A DNA stretch of 64,000 nucleotides from Rickettsiales bacterium. Its GTDB lineage: Bacteria; Pseudomonadota; Alphaproteobacteria; Rickettsiales; UBA998. Below the pieces are notes generated by a model, which searched no databases, had not been told where the DNA came from, and saw only the letters and a program-made list of their open reading frames with translations. Below are positions 8,811 through 16,536 of this stretch, piece by piece. The DNA lies in contig CBDFKY010000006.1 in NCBI GenBank assembly GCA_965248995.1, forward strand, positions 430,610 through 494,609. Direction: 5' to 3'. The stretch's first letter is position 1. Every line of letters begins with the position of its first letter. A program made the translations under genes and the position numbers.

Positions 8811-9890
8811 ATGCGCCTGAGAACCTTCACTGCTGAAGATATGCAGCTTGCCATGCATATGGTGAGGGAAGCGCTCGGTGAAGAGGCGATCATCATTTCC
8901 ACGCGCCAAGTATCTTCCGCCGGGGAGGTCGAGGTCACCGCCGCCAGCGATGACGATACGTCGCTGGAAGACAGCCGGAACGATACGTCGGAGACGAACG
9001 CCTGGTTCACCACGCTGCTCGGCAGGGAAGGCGGGCAGGAGCGGGAAGCGGCTGCCTTCGCATCCCCGTATGCAGCACGTGAATCGGCCGTGCCCGCCCG
9101 CACGCAGGCCCGTATCGAACAGCTGCTGTATCACCATGGGTTCAGCTCCCCTTTAATAGATTATCTGATGGAGCGTTTGGGCGAAATGAACGCGGGCGAC
9201 GCGAGCCCTTACAAGCATCATGCGGACATCATGCATCGCTGGCTCTGCGCCCTGCTGACGGCGGCGTTTCCATTCGCGCCGCTTGCCATCCGGGAGGACA
9301 GCTTCCGTCATATCCTGATCGGGACGCCGGGGGCGGGAAAAACGCTGACCACCGCCAAGATCGCCGCCGCCTGCGTGAAGGCGGGCAGGCCGGTGCACGT
9401 GATTACCACGGACAATAAACGTGCTGGAGGGGTGGAACAGCTGGCCGCCATCACCGATATTCTGGGGGTAGAGCTGCTGGTGGCGGAAAGCCGGGCCTCG
9501 CTGAAAGCGATCCTGTCCGACATCCCGCTGGCCGAAACCGTCATCGTCGACAGCGCCGGCGCCAATCCGTACGATTTTTATGAACTCAAAGCGCTCGCGG
9601 AATATGCCGGCCTGATCGAGCTGGACCCGGTGCTGGTGTATCCTTCCGGCTCCGACCCGCAGGAGGCGGAAGAGGTGGCGCGGGCCTTCTCCTTTATCGG
9701 AGTGGAGAAGATGATCGTCACCCGGACCGATACCGCCCGCCGTTTCGGAAGTATTTTCAACGCGGCGCACGCCGGTGGCCTGAAATTTGCCAACATCACC
9801 GGGAGCGAAAAGATTCTGGGTACGTTCGATCCGTGCAGTAGCGAAGGATTGGCGCGATTATTAATGGATTTCCAACCCGTAGAGGGTTAA
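8811..9890 (+). CDS. flhF: Flagellar biosynthesis GTPase FlhF (SRP-type)
   Basis: Starts at M35 of the ORF (MRLRTFTAEDMQLAMHMVREALGEEAIIIS). G1 motif GTPGAGKTLT, DSAG, SRP54-type GTPase layout. The upstream ORF extension is a translated repeat. Confidence 0.85.
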   Translation: MRLRTFTAEDMQLAMHMVREALGEEAIIISTRQVSSAGEVEVTAASDDDTSLEDSRNDTSETNAWFTTLLGREGGQEREAAAFASPYAARESAVPARTQARIEQLLYHHGFSSPLIDYLMERLGEMNAGDASPYKHHADIMHRWLCALLTAAFPFAPLAIREDSFRHILIGTPGAGKTLTTAKIAAACVKAGRPVHVITTDNKRAGGVEQLAAITDILGVELLVAESRASLKAILSDIPLAETVIVDSAGANPYDFYELKALAEYAGLIELDPVLVYPSGSDPQEAEEVARAFSFIGVEKMIVTRTDTARRFGSIFNAAHAGGLKFANITGSEKILGTFDPCSSEGLARLLMDFQPVEG

Positions 9891-9895
9891 ACACG

Positions 9896-10660
9896 ATGCA
9901 TCAGGTAGAGCACAACATGACGAACAACATTATCGCGATTGCTTCAGGAAAAGGCGGGGTGGGCAAGACCTGGCTGGCGATCACGCTTTCGCAGCTTTTT
10001 GCCCGTTCGGGACGCAGGGTGCTGCTGTTCGACGGGGATATCGGGCTCGCCAACGTGGACGTGCAGCTGGGGTTGACGCCGGAGAAGGACCTGAGCCTGA
10101 CGCTGCGCGGCAATACGCCGCTCTCCGAGGTCATTACCCATTATCCGCTCGGTTTCGATATCATCGCCGGACGTTCCGGTTCCACCAGCCTCGCCAACCT
10201 TTCCGGTGAGAAGCTGATGACGATCAAGAGCCAGCTGATCGAGCTCTCAGCGCGGTATGATTATATCATCATCGACCTCGGGGCAGGCATCGAGCAGTAT
10301 GTGCAGTTCATGGCATCGCTGGCGTCGCGATGTATCGTGGTGGTGACGGACGAGCCGACCTCGCTGACCGATGCCTATGCGTTCGTGAAGTTATGCACCA
10401 CCAAGCTGAACAAAACCGAAATCAATATCGTGGTGAACCAGGCGATTACGCAGAAGGACGGGGAGCGTACCTATGACGCGTTGAACAAGGCCTGCACCAG
10501 CTTCCTGAATTTCTCCCCGCCGATGCTGGGGATCATCCGCAAAGACAATAAGGTGAGGGAGGCGATCCGGGCCCAGTCCTCCATCGTGGAGAAATCTCCG
10601 CATACCACCGCCGCAACCGATGCGGCGGCGATCTCGATCAAGCTGCTTCAGAAGATGTAG
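9896..10660 (+). CDS. flhG: MinD/ParA-family ATPase FlhG (FleN/MotR-like flagellar number regulator)
   Basis: Deviant Walker A IASGKGGVGKT. It follows flhF directly. An alternative start exists at 9917. Confidence 0.8.
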   Translation: MHQVEHNMTNNIIAIASGKGGVGKTWLAITLSQLFARSGRRVLLFDGDIGLANVDVQLGLTPEKDLSLTLRGNTPLSEVITHYPLGFDIIAGRSGSTSLANLSGEKLMTIKSQLIELSARYDYIIIDLGAGIEQYVQFMASLASRCIVVVTDEPTSLTDAYAFVKLCTTKLNKTEINIVVNQAITQKDGERTYDALNKACTSFLNFSPPMLGIIRKDNKVREAIRAQSSIVEKSPHTTAATDAAAISIKLLQKM

Positions 10661-10672
10661 CGGGCAGCGCCG

Positions 10673-11497
10673 TTATCCCATTTTTATCGGGCCGCTTTTT
10701 TTGGCGGTTACGCCATTAAGTGCGTTGAGCGTTTCAGATCCGGCAATGCCGTCTTCGGTGAGATGATGGTCGTGCTGATATTTTGTAATTTTGGCTTTTG
10801 TGTGGTCCCCTATGACTCCGTCCAGCTCGCTACCGCTCATGCCGAGCATTGCCTGCAGTTTCCTGACGCTCTCACCGGAGTAGCCGTCAAACGTTTGATC
10901 GGTGCCCTCTAGGGCGACAGAGCCATGGCTGGGTTCTTTCGCCGCGGGCGTCTGTTTTGGCGGAGTGGTGCCGGCAGCGGGCTGGGTAGCGGCTGGCTTT
11001 GAAGGCACGGTGGCAACCTGCGGTTGTGGAGCCGGTTCCGCGTGTTTAGCCGTTTCTTCCGCTGTCAGCTTTTTACGGCGTGCTTTGACCACATCATCCG
11101 TCAATGTCTCACTGGTATTATTATCCACCCAATGTTGCCGTCCGTCCGGTCCAAACATAAGAGTAGCGGAGCTTTCGAAATTATGCTTCACGGCAGCGGC
11201 AATCTCTTTTTCCTGCTGTCGGGCTTTTTCTGTTTTTTCTTTGGCTACTCTTTGGTTTTCCAGCTCCGTCTTTTCATTTTCCTGTGCCGTTTTTTCCAGA
11301 TCCTTCTGGACGCGCGCACGTTCCTCCTCTACCGCCTGCCCAGTGGTAAGCGCCTTTGTCTTATTATTTTTAAATAATTCATGTCCTTCTGAATCATGCC
11401 CTTTAAATTCATAGTTATGTTTAATCTGTTCTTTTGCGGCACGTTCTTCGTTCGTTCCCATCAACCTGTCACGTGCCCAGTCTAAAATCCACACCAT
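10673..11497 (-). CDS. Hypothetical protein with a coiled-coil, a Pro/Thr/Ala-rich linker and a C-terminal peptidoglycan-binding (PG_binding_1-like) domain
   Basis: 274 aa. The C-terminus (VRKLQAMLGMSGSELDGVIGDHTKAKITKYQHDHHLTEDGIAGSETLNAL) matches the PG-binding repeat pattern. The middle is E/K-rich. Confidence 0.6.
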   Translation of the reverse strand: MVWILDWARDRLMGTNEERAAKEQIKHNYEFKGHDSEGHELFKNNKTKALTTGQAVEEERARVQKDLEKTAQENEKTELENQRVAKEKTEKARQQEKEIAAAVKHNFESSATLMFGPDGRQHWVDNNTSETLTDDVVKARRKKLTAEETAKHAEPAPQPQVATVPSKPAATQPAAGTTPPKQTPAAKEPSHGSVALEGTDQTFDGYSGESVRKLQAMLGMSGSELDGVIGDHTKAKITKYQHDHHLTEDGIAGSETLNALNGVTAKKSGPIKMG

Positions 11498-11627
11498 ATA
11501 TTTTACCCTTTTATTTTTTTAAGACGTATTACCGATTTACTATAATTAGAGATTACTTTGAATTCATTTCTTTTTTATGACAGGTTTATTTATTTAGTGA
11601 AGAATATTATGTTAAGAGTTTAACTCT

Positions 11628-13049
11628 ATGGCCTCACCTCCTCCAACTAAAGCCAATCCCATGTGGGGCGGGCATTATGCGTCCGCACCCGCCGATATGA
11701 TGAGCAGGATCAACGCCTCGATCGATGTCGATAAAAAATTATACGGGGAAGATATCGCCGGATCGCTAGCGCATGTCGCCATGCTGGGCGCCACTGGTAT
11801 CGTCAGTGAAACGGAAGCCACCGCGATCAGCGACGGGCTGCGGCAGATCGAGGGAGAGATCGCGCGGGGTGAGATGGTGTGGAACGTCGCGCTGGAAGAC
11901 ATTCATATGCATATCGAGGCGCGATTGAAGGAAATCATCGGCGAAGTGGCAGGCAAGCTGCACACCGCCCGCTCCCGTAACGACCAGGTGGCGACGGATC
12001 TGCGGCTATATCTGCGTGGAGCATGCGGTCAGCTCGTGGGGAGTATTACCGCATTGCAACGCGCGCTGGTGGATCAGGCCGAGCGTCATGCGGATACCAT
12101 CATGCCCGGATTCACCCATCTGCAGACGGCTCAGCCCGTGACGTTCGGCCATCACCTGCTGGCCTACGTCGAAATGCTGGAACGCGACAAGGGCCGCTTC
12201 CGGGATGCGGGGGTTCGCCTGAACGAATGTCCGCTCGGCGCGGCGGCGCTGGCAGGTACGTCGTTCCCGATTGACCGGCATATGACGGCAGACATGCTGG
12301 GGTTCCAGAGGCCCTGCGCCAATTCGCTGGATGCCGTCGCCAGCCGGGACGCCGCGTTGGAATGCGTGGCCGCCGCCGGTATTTGCGGGACACACCTTTC
12401 CCGGCTCGCAGAGGAACTGGTGATCTGGTCATCTGCGCTGGTCAAATTCGTGACGCTGCCGGAATCCTTCACCTCCGGCTCTTCGATCATGCCGCAGAAG
12501 CGCAACCCCGACGCAGCGGAGCTGATCCGCGCAAAGACCGGGCGGCTGAACGGTAATCTCGTCCAACTGCTCACTATCCTTAAAGGCACGCCACTCGCTT
12601 ATAATAAAGATTTACAGGAAGATAAGGAGCCGGTGTTCGATACGGTGGATACGCTCTTGCTTTGTCTCGCCGCCATGACGGGGATGGTGGAAGGGATGGT
12701 GCCTAATAAACAAGCCATGCTTGCCGCCGCATCAGGCGGATTTTCCACCGCGACCGATCTTGCGGACTGGCTGGTGCGGGAACTGCATTTTCCCTTTCGC
12801 ACTGCCCATCATATCACCGGCAGAGTCGTCAACATCGCTGAGCGCGACAAATGTTTTTTGTGGGAAATACCGCTACACGAGATGCAACGGGTGGAACCGC
12901 GCATCACGGAAGCAGTGTACGGTGTGCTCAGCGTCGAGCATTCGGTAGCCAGCCGTACCAGTTACGGTGGAACTGCGCCCGGTCAGGTACGCGCGCAGGT
13001 AGCGCGAGTAGTGGAGGAATATGCTATATATAGCAGTTTGATTTTGTAA
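11628..13049 (+). CDS. argH: Argininosuccinate lyase
   Basis: 473 aa with the fumarate-lyase family signature [12 protein letters not shown] and a typical ArgH N-terminus ([13 protein letters not shown]...). Confidence 0.95.
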   Translation: MASPPPTKANPMWGGHYASAPADMMSRINASIDVDKKLYGEDIAGSLAHVAMLGATGIVSETEATAISDGLRQIEGEIARGEMVWNVALEDIHMHIEARLKEIIGEVAGKLHTARSRNDQVATDLRLYLRGACGQLVGSITALQRALVDQAERHADTIMPGFTHLQTAQPVTFGHHLLAYVEMLERDKGRFRDAGVRLNECPLGAAALAGTSFPIDRHMTADMLGFQRPCANSLDAVASRDAALECVAAAGICGTHLSRLAEELVIWSSALVKFVTLPESFTSGSSIMPQKRNPDAAELIRAKTGRLNGNLVQLLTILKGTPLAYNKDLQEDKEPVFDTVDTLLLCLAAMTGMVEGMVPNKQAMLAAASGGFSTATDLADWLVRELHFPFRTAHHITGRVVNIAERDKCFLWEIPLHEMQRVEPRITEAVYGVLSVEHSVASRTSYGGTAPGQVRAQVARVVEEYAIYSSLIL

Positions 13050-13092
13050 TTGCACATATTCATGTGCCAATTAAAAATCGATTACTGCTATA
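13029..13092. repeat. TATAG-bounded imperfect palindrome (single hairpin) spanning the argH stop codon
   Basis: TATAGCAGT...ACTGCTATA termini. The arms TTGATTTTGTAATTGCACAT / ATGTGCCAATTAAAAATCGATT pair imperfectly. The stop codons of the convergent genes (13047-13049 and 13093-13095) lie in or next to the arms. Confidence 0.55.
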
Positions 13093-14061
13093 TTACATGG
13101 AAAGCGACGAGGCAGATTTTCCGCCGGAATTCGCTAAAGCGGGAGCACTCATGGAGTGATGAAACCCCATATCCATTCCTTGAGGGACGAATACTGAGAA
13201 ATGCGCCTTTACCGATTCTGCGACGGCATTCACAAGTGCCTGCAACTCTTGCGGAATTGTAATGCCGCAAGAAGAGCGCAGTGGCAGAATTTCCTTTTGA
13301 TGCCAACTGCCGTGAGCGTCCCTGTCCACGATTTCCGTTGAATGTCCCATCTGGTTCAACAGCCGGCCCAATCCCTGTTCCGCAGGAAAATGTTCCTTTT
13401 CAGGTTCTATGTGGGCGGCACCATAAAAGACCACGCTTTTCTCCGATCTGGCGATGTGATGAATGGTTTCGGCCACGCGGCCGTTTTCCGCCAGCCGCTG
13501 CTCATGTAAAGTTGTGTTGAAGTCTATAAAGTCCTTAACCCCGTGGTCGCCGAAGCGTTTTGTCAATTCCGCCATGGTCTCCTTCCACGCCCCATCTATT
13601 CCTATTTGTGCGATGCGTTCGGAGTATCTGACTCCTATCCCAAGATATTCCTTAGTGTGGGGATCAGTACGCGCAATTTCGGGAGGCTCATCGACATAAT
13701 GGACGCGTATTCCTGCCTTTTTCGCGTCGGTAATAAAATGTTCGAATTCCTCTTTCTGTTGTTTTTCCGCCTTGTGGTCCCAGTGAGGCGTAGGAACGCC
13801 GCGCTTCGCATTGATTTCCCTGACTTCGGCACCGAATTCATCGAAATTGATTTTTCCGTCTTGCAGCCTGTCCAATGCCGGCTGCATGTACGCCGGTGAT
13901 TCGAGAAACAGATGTTTCACGCCGGAATGGGCCATCGCTGGCAAGGATTGCAACATCTCTTCCCAGCGCTGAGTTTCGTTATGAATGTCCTCTATCAGGA
14001 CGATCTGGGATTCCGCCGCGGCTTGTCCGATAACAGAAGGAGCGGATGTTTTTTTATCCAT
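13093..14061 (-). CDS. Hypothetical protein (weak ChaN/Tiki/TraB-like N-terminal signature)
   Basis: I take the start at M82 of the 403-aa ORF (MDKKTSAPS...), because the upstream part overlaps the lipoprotein/lysA leader on the other strand. The IVLIEDIHNETQ...HLFLESP pattern is only suggestive. Confidence 0.5.
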   Translation of the reverse strand: MDKKTSAPSVIGQAAAESQIVLIEDIHNETQRWEEMLQSLPAMAHSGVKHLFLESPAYMQPALDRLQDGKINFDEFGAEVREINAKRGVPTPHWDHKAEKQQKEEFEHFITDAKKAGIRVHYVDEPPEIARTDPHTKEYLGIGVRYSERIAQIGIDGAWKETMAELTKRFGDHGVKDFIDFNTTLHEQRLAENGRVAETIHHIARSEKSVVFYGAAHIEPEKEHFPAEQGLGRLLNQMGHSTEIVDRDAHGSWHQKEILPLRSSCGITIPQELQALVNAVAESVKAHFSVFVPQGMDMGFHHSMSAPALANSGGKSASSLSM

Positions 14062-14202
14062 ATTTAAATATACCTTAAGGTGTGGGGCAATGTCAAGATC
14101 GGCAGCGCAGGCCATGGTATGTTCTCCGGCTTTGACGTCGGTCAAAAAATAAGGCACAACTGGCTTATGGCTTTTTATACGCGCTTTTACCGGTTGACCG
14201 GC

Positions 14203-14322
14203 ATGATGGTATCGATGGTATTCCTCCTTTCCGCCTGCGGAGTGAAAGGCAAACTGGTGCGCCCCACCGACATTCCGGCCTACGAAAAACGCGAGGAGCA
14301 GCATGGATCATTTCCGTTATAA
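14203..14322 (+). CDS. Small lipoprotein upstream of lysA (LppL/LptM-like position)
   Basis: MMVSMVFLLSACGVKGKL... has the lipobox LLSAC. It is 39 aa and overlaps the lysA start by 20 nt. A small lipoprotein gene precedes lysA in many proteobacteria. Confidence 0.55.
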   Translation: MMVSMVFLLSACGVKGKLVRPTDIPAYEKREEQHGSFPL

Positions 14323-15553
14323 AGACGCTACATTACATGCTGAGGAAATCCCGCTGCATACCCTTGCGGAAGCGGTCGGCACGCCGTTTTACTGTTATTC
14401 CACCGCGACGCTCATCCGTCATTTTACCGTCTTCAAAGAAGGGCTTGCCAGCCTGAATCCGCTGATCTGCTTCGCGGTGAAAGCAAATGGCAACCCGCAT
14501 GTGCTGCGGGTGCTGGGGGCAATCGGGGCGGGGGCGGATGTCGTTTCGGGCGGGGAGATACGGCTTAGCTTGGCTGCCGGAATTCCGCCGGAGAGAATCG
14601 TGTTCTCAGGCGTGGGGAAAAGCCGGGATGAAATGGCCTACGCGCTTGAGCAGGGGATTTTCCAGTTCAACGTGGAATCCGAGGCGGAACTGCGGGTGCT
14701 GGATGAGGTGGCGGCCCGCCTGGATCGTATCGCTCCCGTCGCGTTGCGTATCAACCCGGACGTCGACGCGGGCACGCATGAAAAGATCACCACGGGCCGG
14801 AAGGACTCCAAGTTCGGTATCGACATCGACGACGCGAAGCGGGTGTATGCGGTGGCCCGCAGCCTGCCGCATATCGCCATTCAGGGCATTTCGGTGCATA
14901 TCGGTTCGCAGCTGACCGATCTTGCGCCTTTTCGCGCGGCTTACCTGCGCGTGCGTGCGTTCGTGGAAGAATTGAGGGCCGAAGGTTATCGTTTACGGGT
15001 AGTGGATCTCGGCGGAGGGCTCGGCATTCCTTACGCGAGCGAAGGGGAATCGCCGCCCTTGCCGGAAGCATACGGCAGGATGGTATCGGAGGTCATGCAG
15101 GGGCTGGACGCACAGTTCGTGTTCGAGCCGGGAAGGCTGATCGCTGGAAATGCGGGCATACTGGTCGCTTCCGTCATCTACCTGAAGGAAAACGCCGGCC
15201 AGTTCTTTCTGGTGATCGACGCGGCCATGAACGACCTGATGCGTCCCGCCATGTACGGCGCGCACCATGAGATCATCGCCGTGAACCCGGCGCCGGACGG
15301 TACCGATGACTGGAATTATCACGTGGTGGGGGCCGTCTGTGAATCGAGCGACGTATTTCGCCGGAATATCCTGCTGCGTCCGATGAAGGAGGGCGATCGG
15401 GTGGCGATCCGCAGCGCCGGGGCGTACGGGGCTTCGATGAGCAACTGCTACAATGCGCGGCTGCTCGTACCGGAAGTGCTGGTGGACGGGGGGAATTTCC
15501 GCATTATCCGTAAGCGGAGCACGTATGAGGAAATGCTTGCGGTGTTCACTTGA
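14303..15553 (+). CDS. lysA: Diaminopimelate decarboxylase
   Basis: 416 aa of the PLP-dependent Orn/DAP/Arg decarboxylase family (FAVKANGNPHVLRVL, GGGLGIPY, CESSDVF). Confidence 0.95.
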   Translation: MDHFRYKDATLHAEEIPLHTLAEAVGTPFYCYSTATLIRHFTVFKEGLASLNPLICFAVKANGNPHVLRVLGAIGAGADVVSGGEIRLSLAAGIPPERIVFSGVGKSRDEMAYALEQGIFQFNVESEAELRVLDEVAARLDRIAPVALRINPDVDAGTHEKITTGRKDSKFGIDIDDAKRVYAVARSLPHIAIQGISVHIGSQLTDLAPFRAAYLRVRAFVEELRAEGYRLRVVDLGGGLGIPYASEGESPPLPEAYGRMVSEVMQGLDAQFVFEPGRLIAGNAGILVASVIYLKENAGQFFLVIDAAMNDLMRPAMYGAHHEIIAVNPAPDGTDDWNYHVVGAVCESSDVFRRNILLRPMKEGDRVAIRSAGAYGASMSNCYNARLLVPEVLVDGGNFRIIRKRSTYEEMLAVFT

Positions 15554-15561
15554 AGCGAACC

Positions 15562-15795
15562 TTATAAGGACCGTGCCCCCGTATCGTGGGCTTTTGAATT
15601 GTCGAGATGCGCGGATTCCGTTATGATCCTGCTTTCCGGCTTCTGCTGATGCAGCAAAAAATAAACGCCCGTGCCGACGATGGCCAGCGCCGCTAATGCG
15701 CTGCCGCCGACCAGCAGTTTTTGACGGGTGGTTGCGGAAAACGGAACCGATGCTTTTTCCAGTTCACGCTCGAGTGTGGTAATCTGATTTTTCAA
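15562..15795 (-). CDS. Hypothetical small membrane-anchored protein
   Basis: 77 aa with one predicted TM (LLVGGSALAALAIVGTGVYFLL). No family recognised. Confidence 0.4.
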   Translation of the reverse strand: MKNQITTLERELEKASVPFSATTRQKLLVGGSALAALAIVGTGVYFLLHQQKPESRIITESAHLDNSKAHDTGARSL

Positions 15796-15871
15796 CGCTT
15801 TTTTTCAGGGTGATTCGCACTTTCCGATAAGACGTCATGATGAAAATTTTCCATTTCTCTTGGCAAAATAC

Positions 15872-15989
15872 TATAGTGTTTCCGAATAATTTCCGTACGG
15901 AAATTTTCGGATAAAAACACTATAAAATATATGGTTATAGTCATTTTATCCGACAAAAACCGTACGGTTTTTTAATCGGAATGACTATA
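15872..15989. repeat. TATAG-bounded double-hairpin repeat (118 bp), copy 1
   Basis: It is near-identical (one T indel) to 58625-58741. Each half is a palindrome centred on CCGTACGG (TATAGTGTTTCCGAATAATTTCCGTACGGAAATTTTCGGATAAAAACACTATA and TATAGTCATTTTATCCGACAAAAACCGTACGGTTTTTTAATCGGAATGACTATA). Confidence 0.85.
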
Positions 15990-16312
15990 TCGGCTGTTCT
16001 GTAATTAAAATTGTCAAAAATGACATTTCCATCATTGCCGATATAATCTGAATGAAGACTGCCTATCCCTTTTGATTTGTCAACATCTGTAACTGTCTTA
16101 GAAGAATGAACGAAATCCGCGGCGACTTTCAACTGTTCATACAACAGATCCAGCTCTTTTTTAGCCGCGTCCCTGTTTTTTTCAATTTCATCTACCGCTT
16201 TGCGAGCGGAAGATTTCAAATGTTCCAGGCTTCCCCACCCAACTACGCCGGACGCGACAGCTCCTGCCGAAAGGCTTTTTAGAACATCCTGATGAGAACC
16301 GGCATCTTCCAT
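15941..16312 (-). CDS. Hypothetical protein (AT-rich; the 3' end runs into repeat copy 1)
   Basis: 123-aa ORF. The last 16 codons and the stop are encoded by the repeat. No family recognised. Confidence 0.35.
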   Translation of the reverse strand: MEDAGSHQDVLKSLSAGAVASGVVGWGSLEHLKSSARKAVDEIEKNRDAAKKELDLLYEQLKVAADFVHSSKTVTDVDKSKGIGSLHSDYIGNDGNVIFDNFNYRTADIVIPIKKPYGFCRIK

Positions 16313-16536
16313 ATATGTATCAACTCAAAAAAACTACCATAAGCCATGTTTGTGTCATCTTCATGAAGACATGCGGCGACGACTTTTCAATAACAATTCC
16401 AGTGAATTCCTTTTGTATATTTATATGAAAGCGTTACCTGTGCAGATCTTACGTTGAGAGTCGGGGTAATGGCTTGCGCCGCGGCATGACATCAGTTAAA
16501 ACTAATGTGATTCCTTCCATTTTTTAGTGAGCATCC

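Noticed and set aside
15872-16312. The idea that ORF 15941-16312 (5' part + repeat) and ORF 58296-58709 (repeat + 3' part) are halves of one gene split by recombination between the two repeat copies.
   Set aside because: Reading through the repeat in either ORF's frame hits a stop in both repeat versions (the frames differ by one and the T-run indel does not fix it). Nothing in the sequence supports a former fusion.
16425-16457. A 10-codon mini-ORF (MKALPVQILR) upstream of ilvI as a branched-chain amino-acid attenuation leader.
   Set aside because: It has only single Leu/Val/Ile codons rather than runs, and I could not find alternative terminator/antiterminator pairings between it and ilvI.
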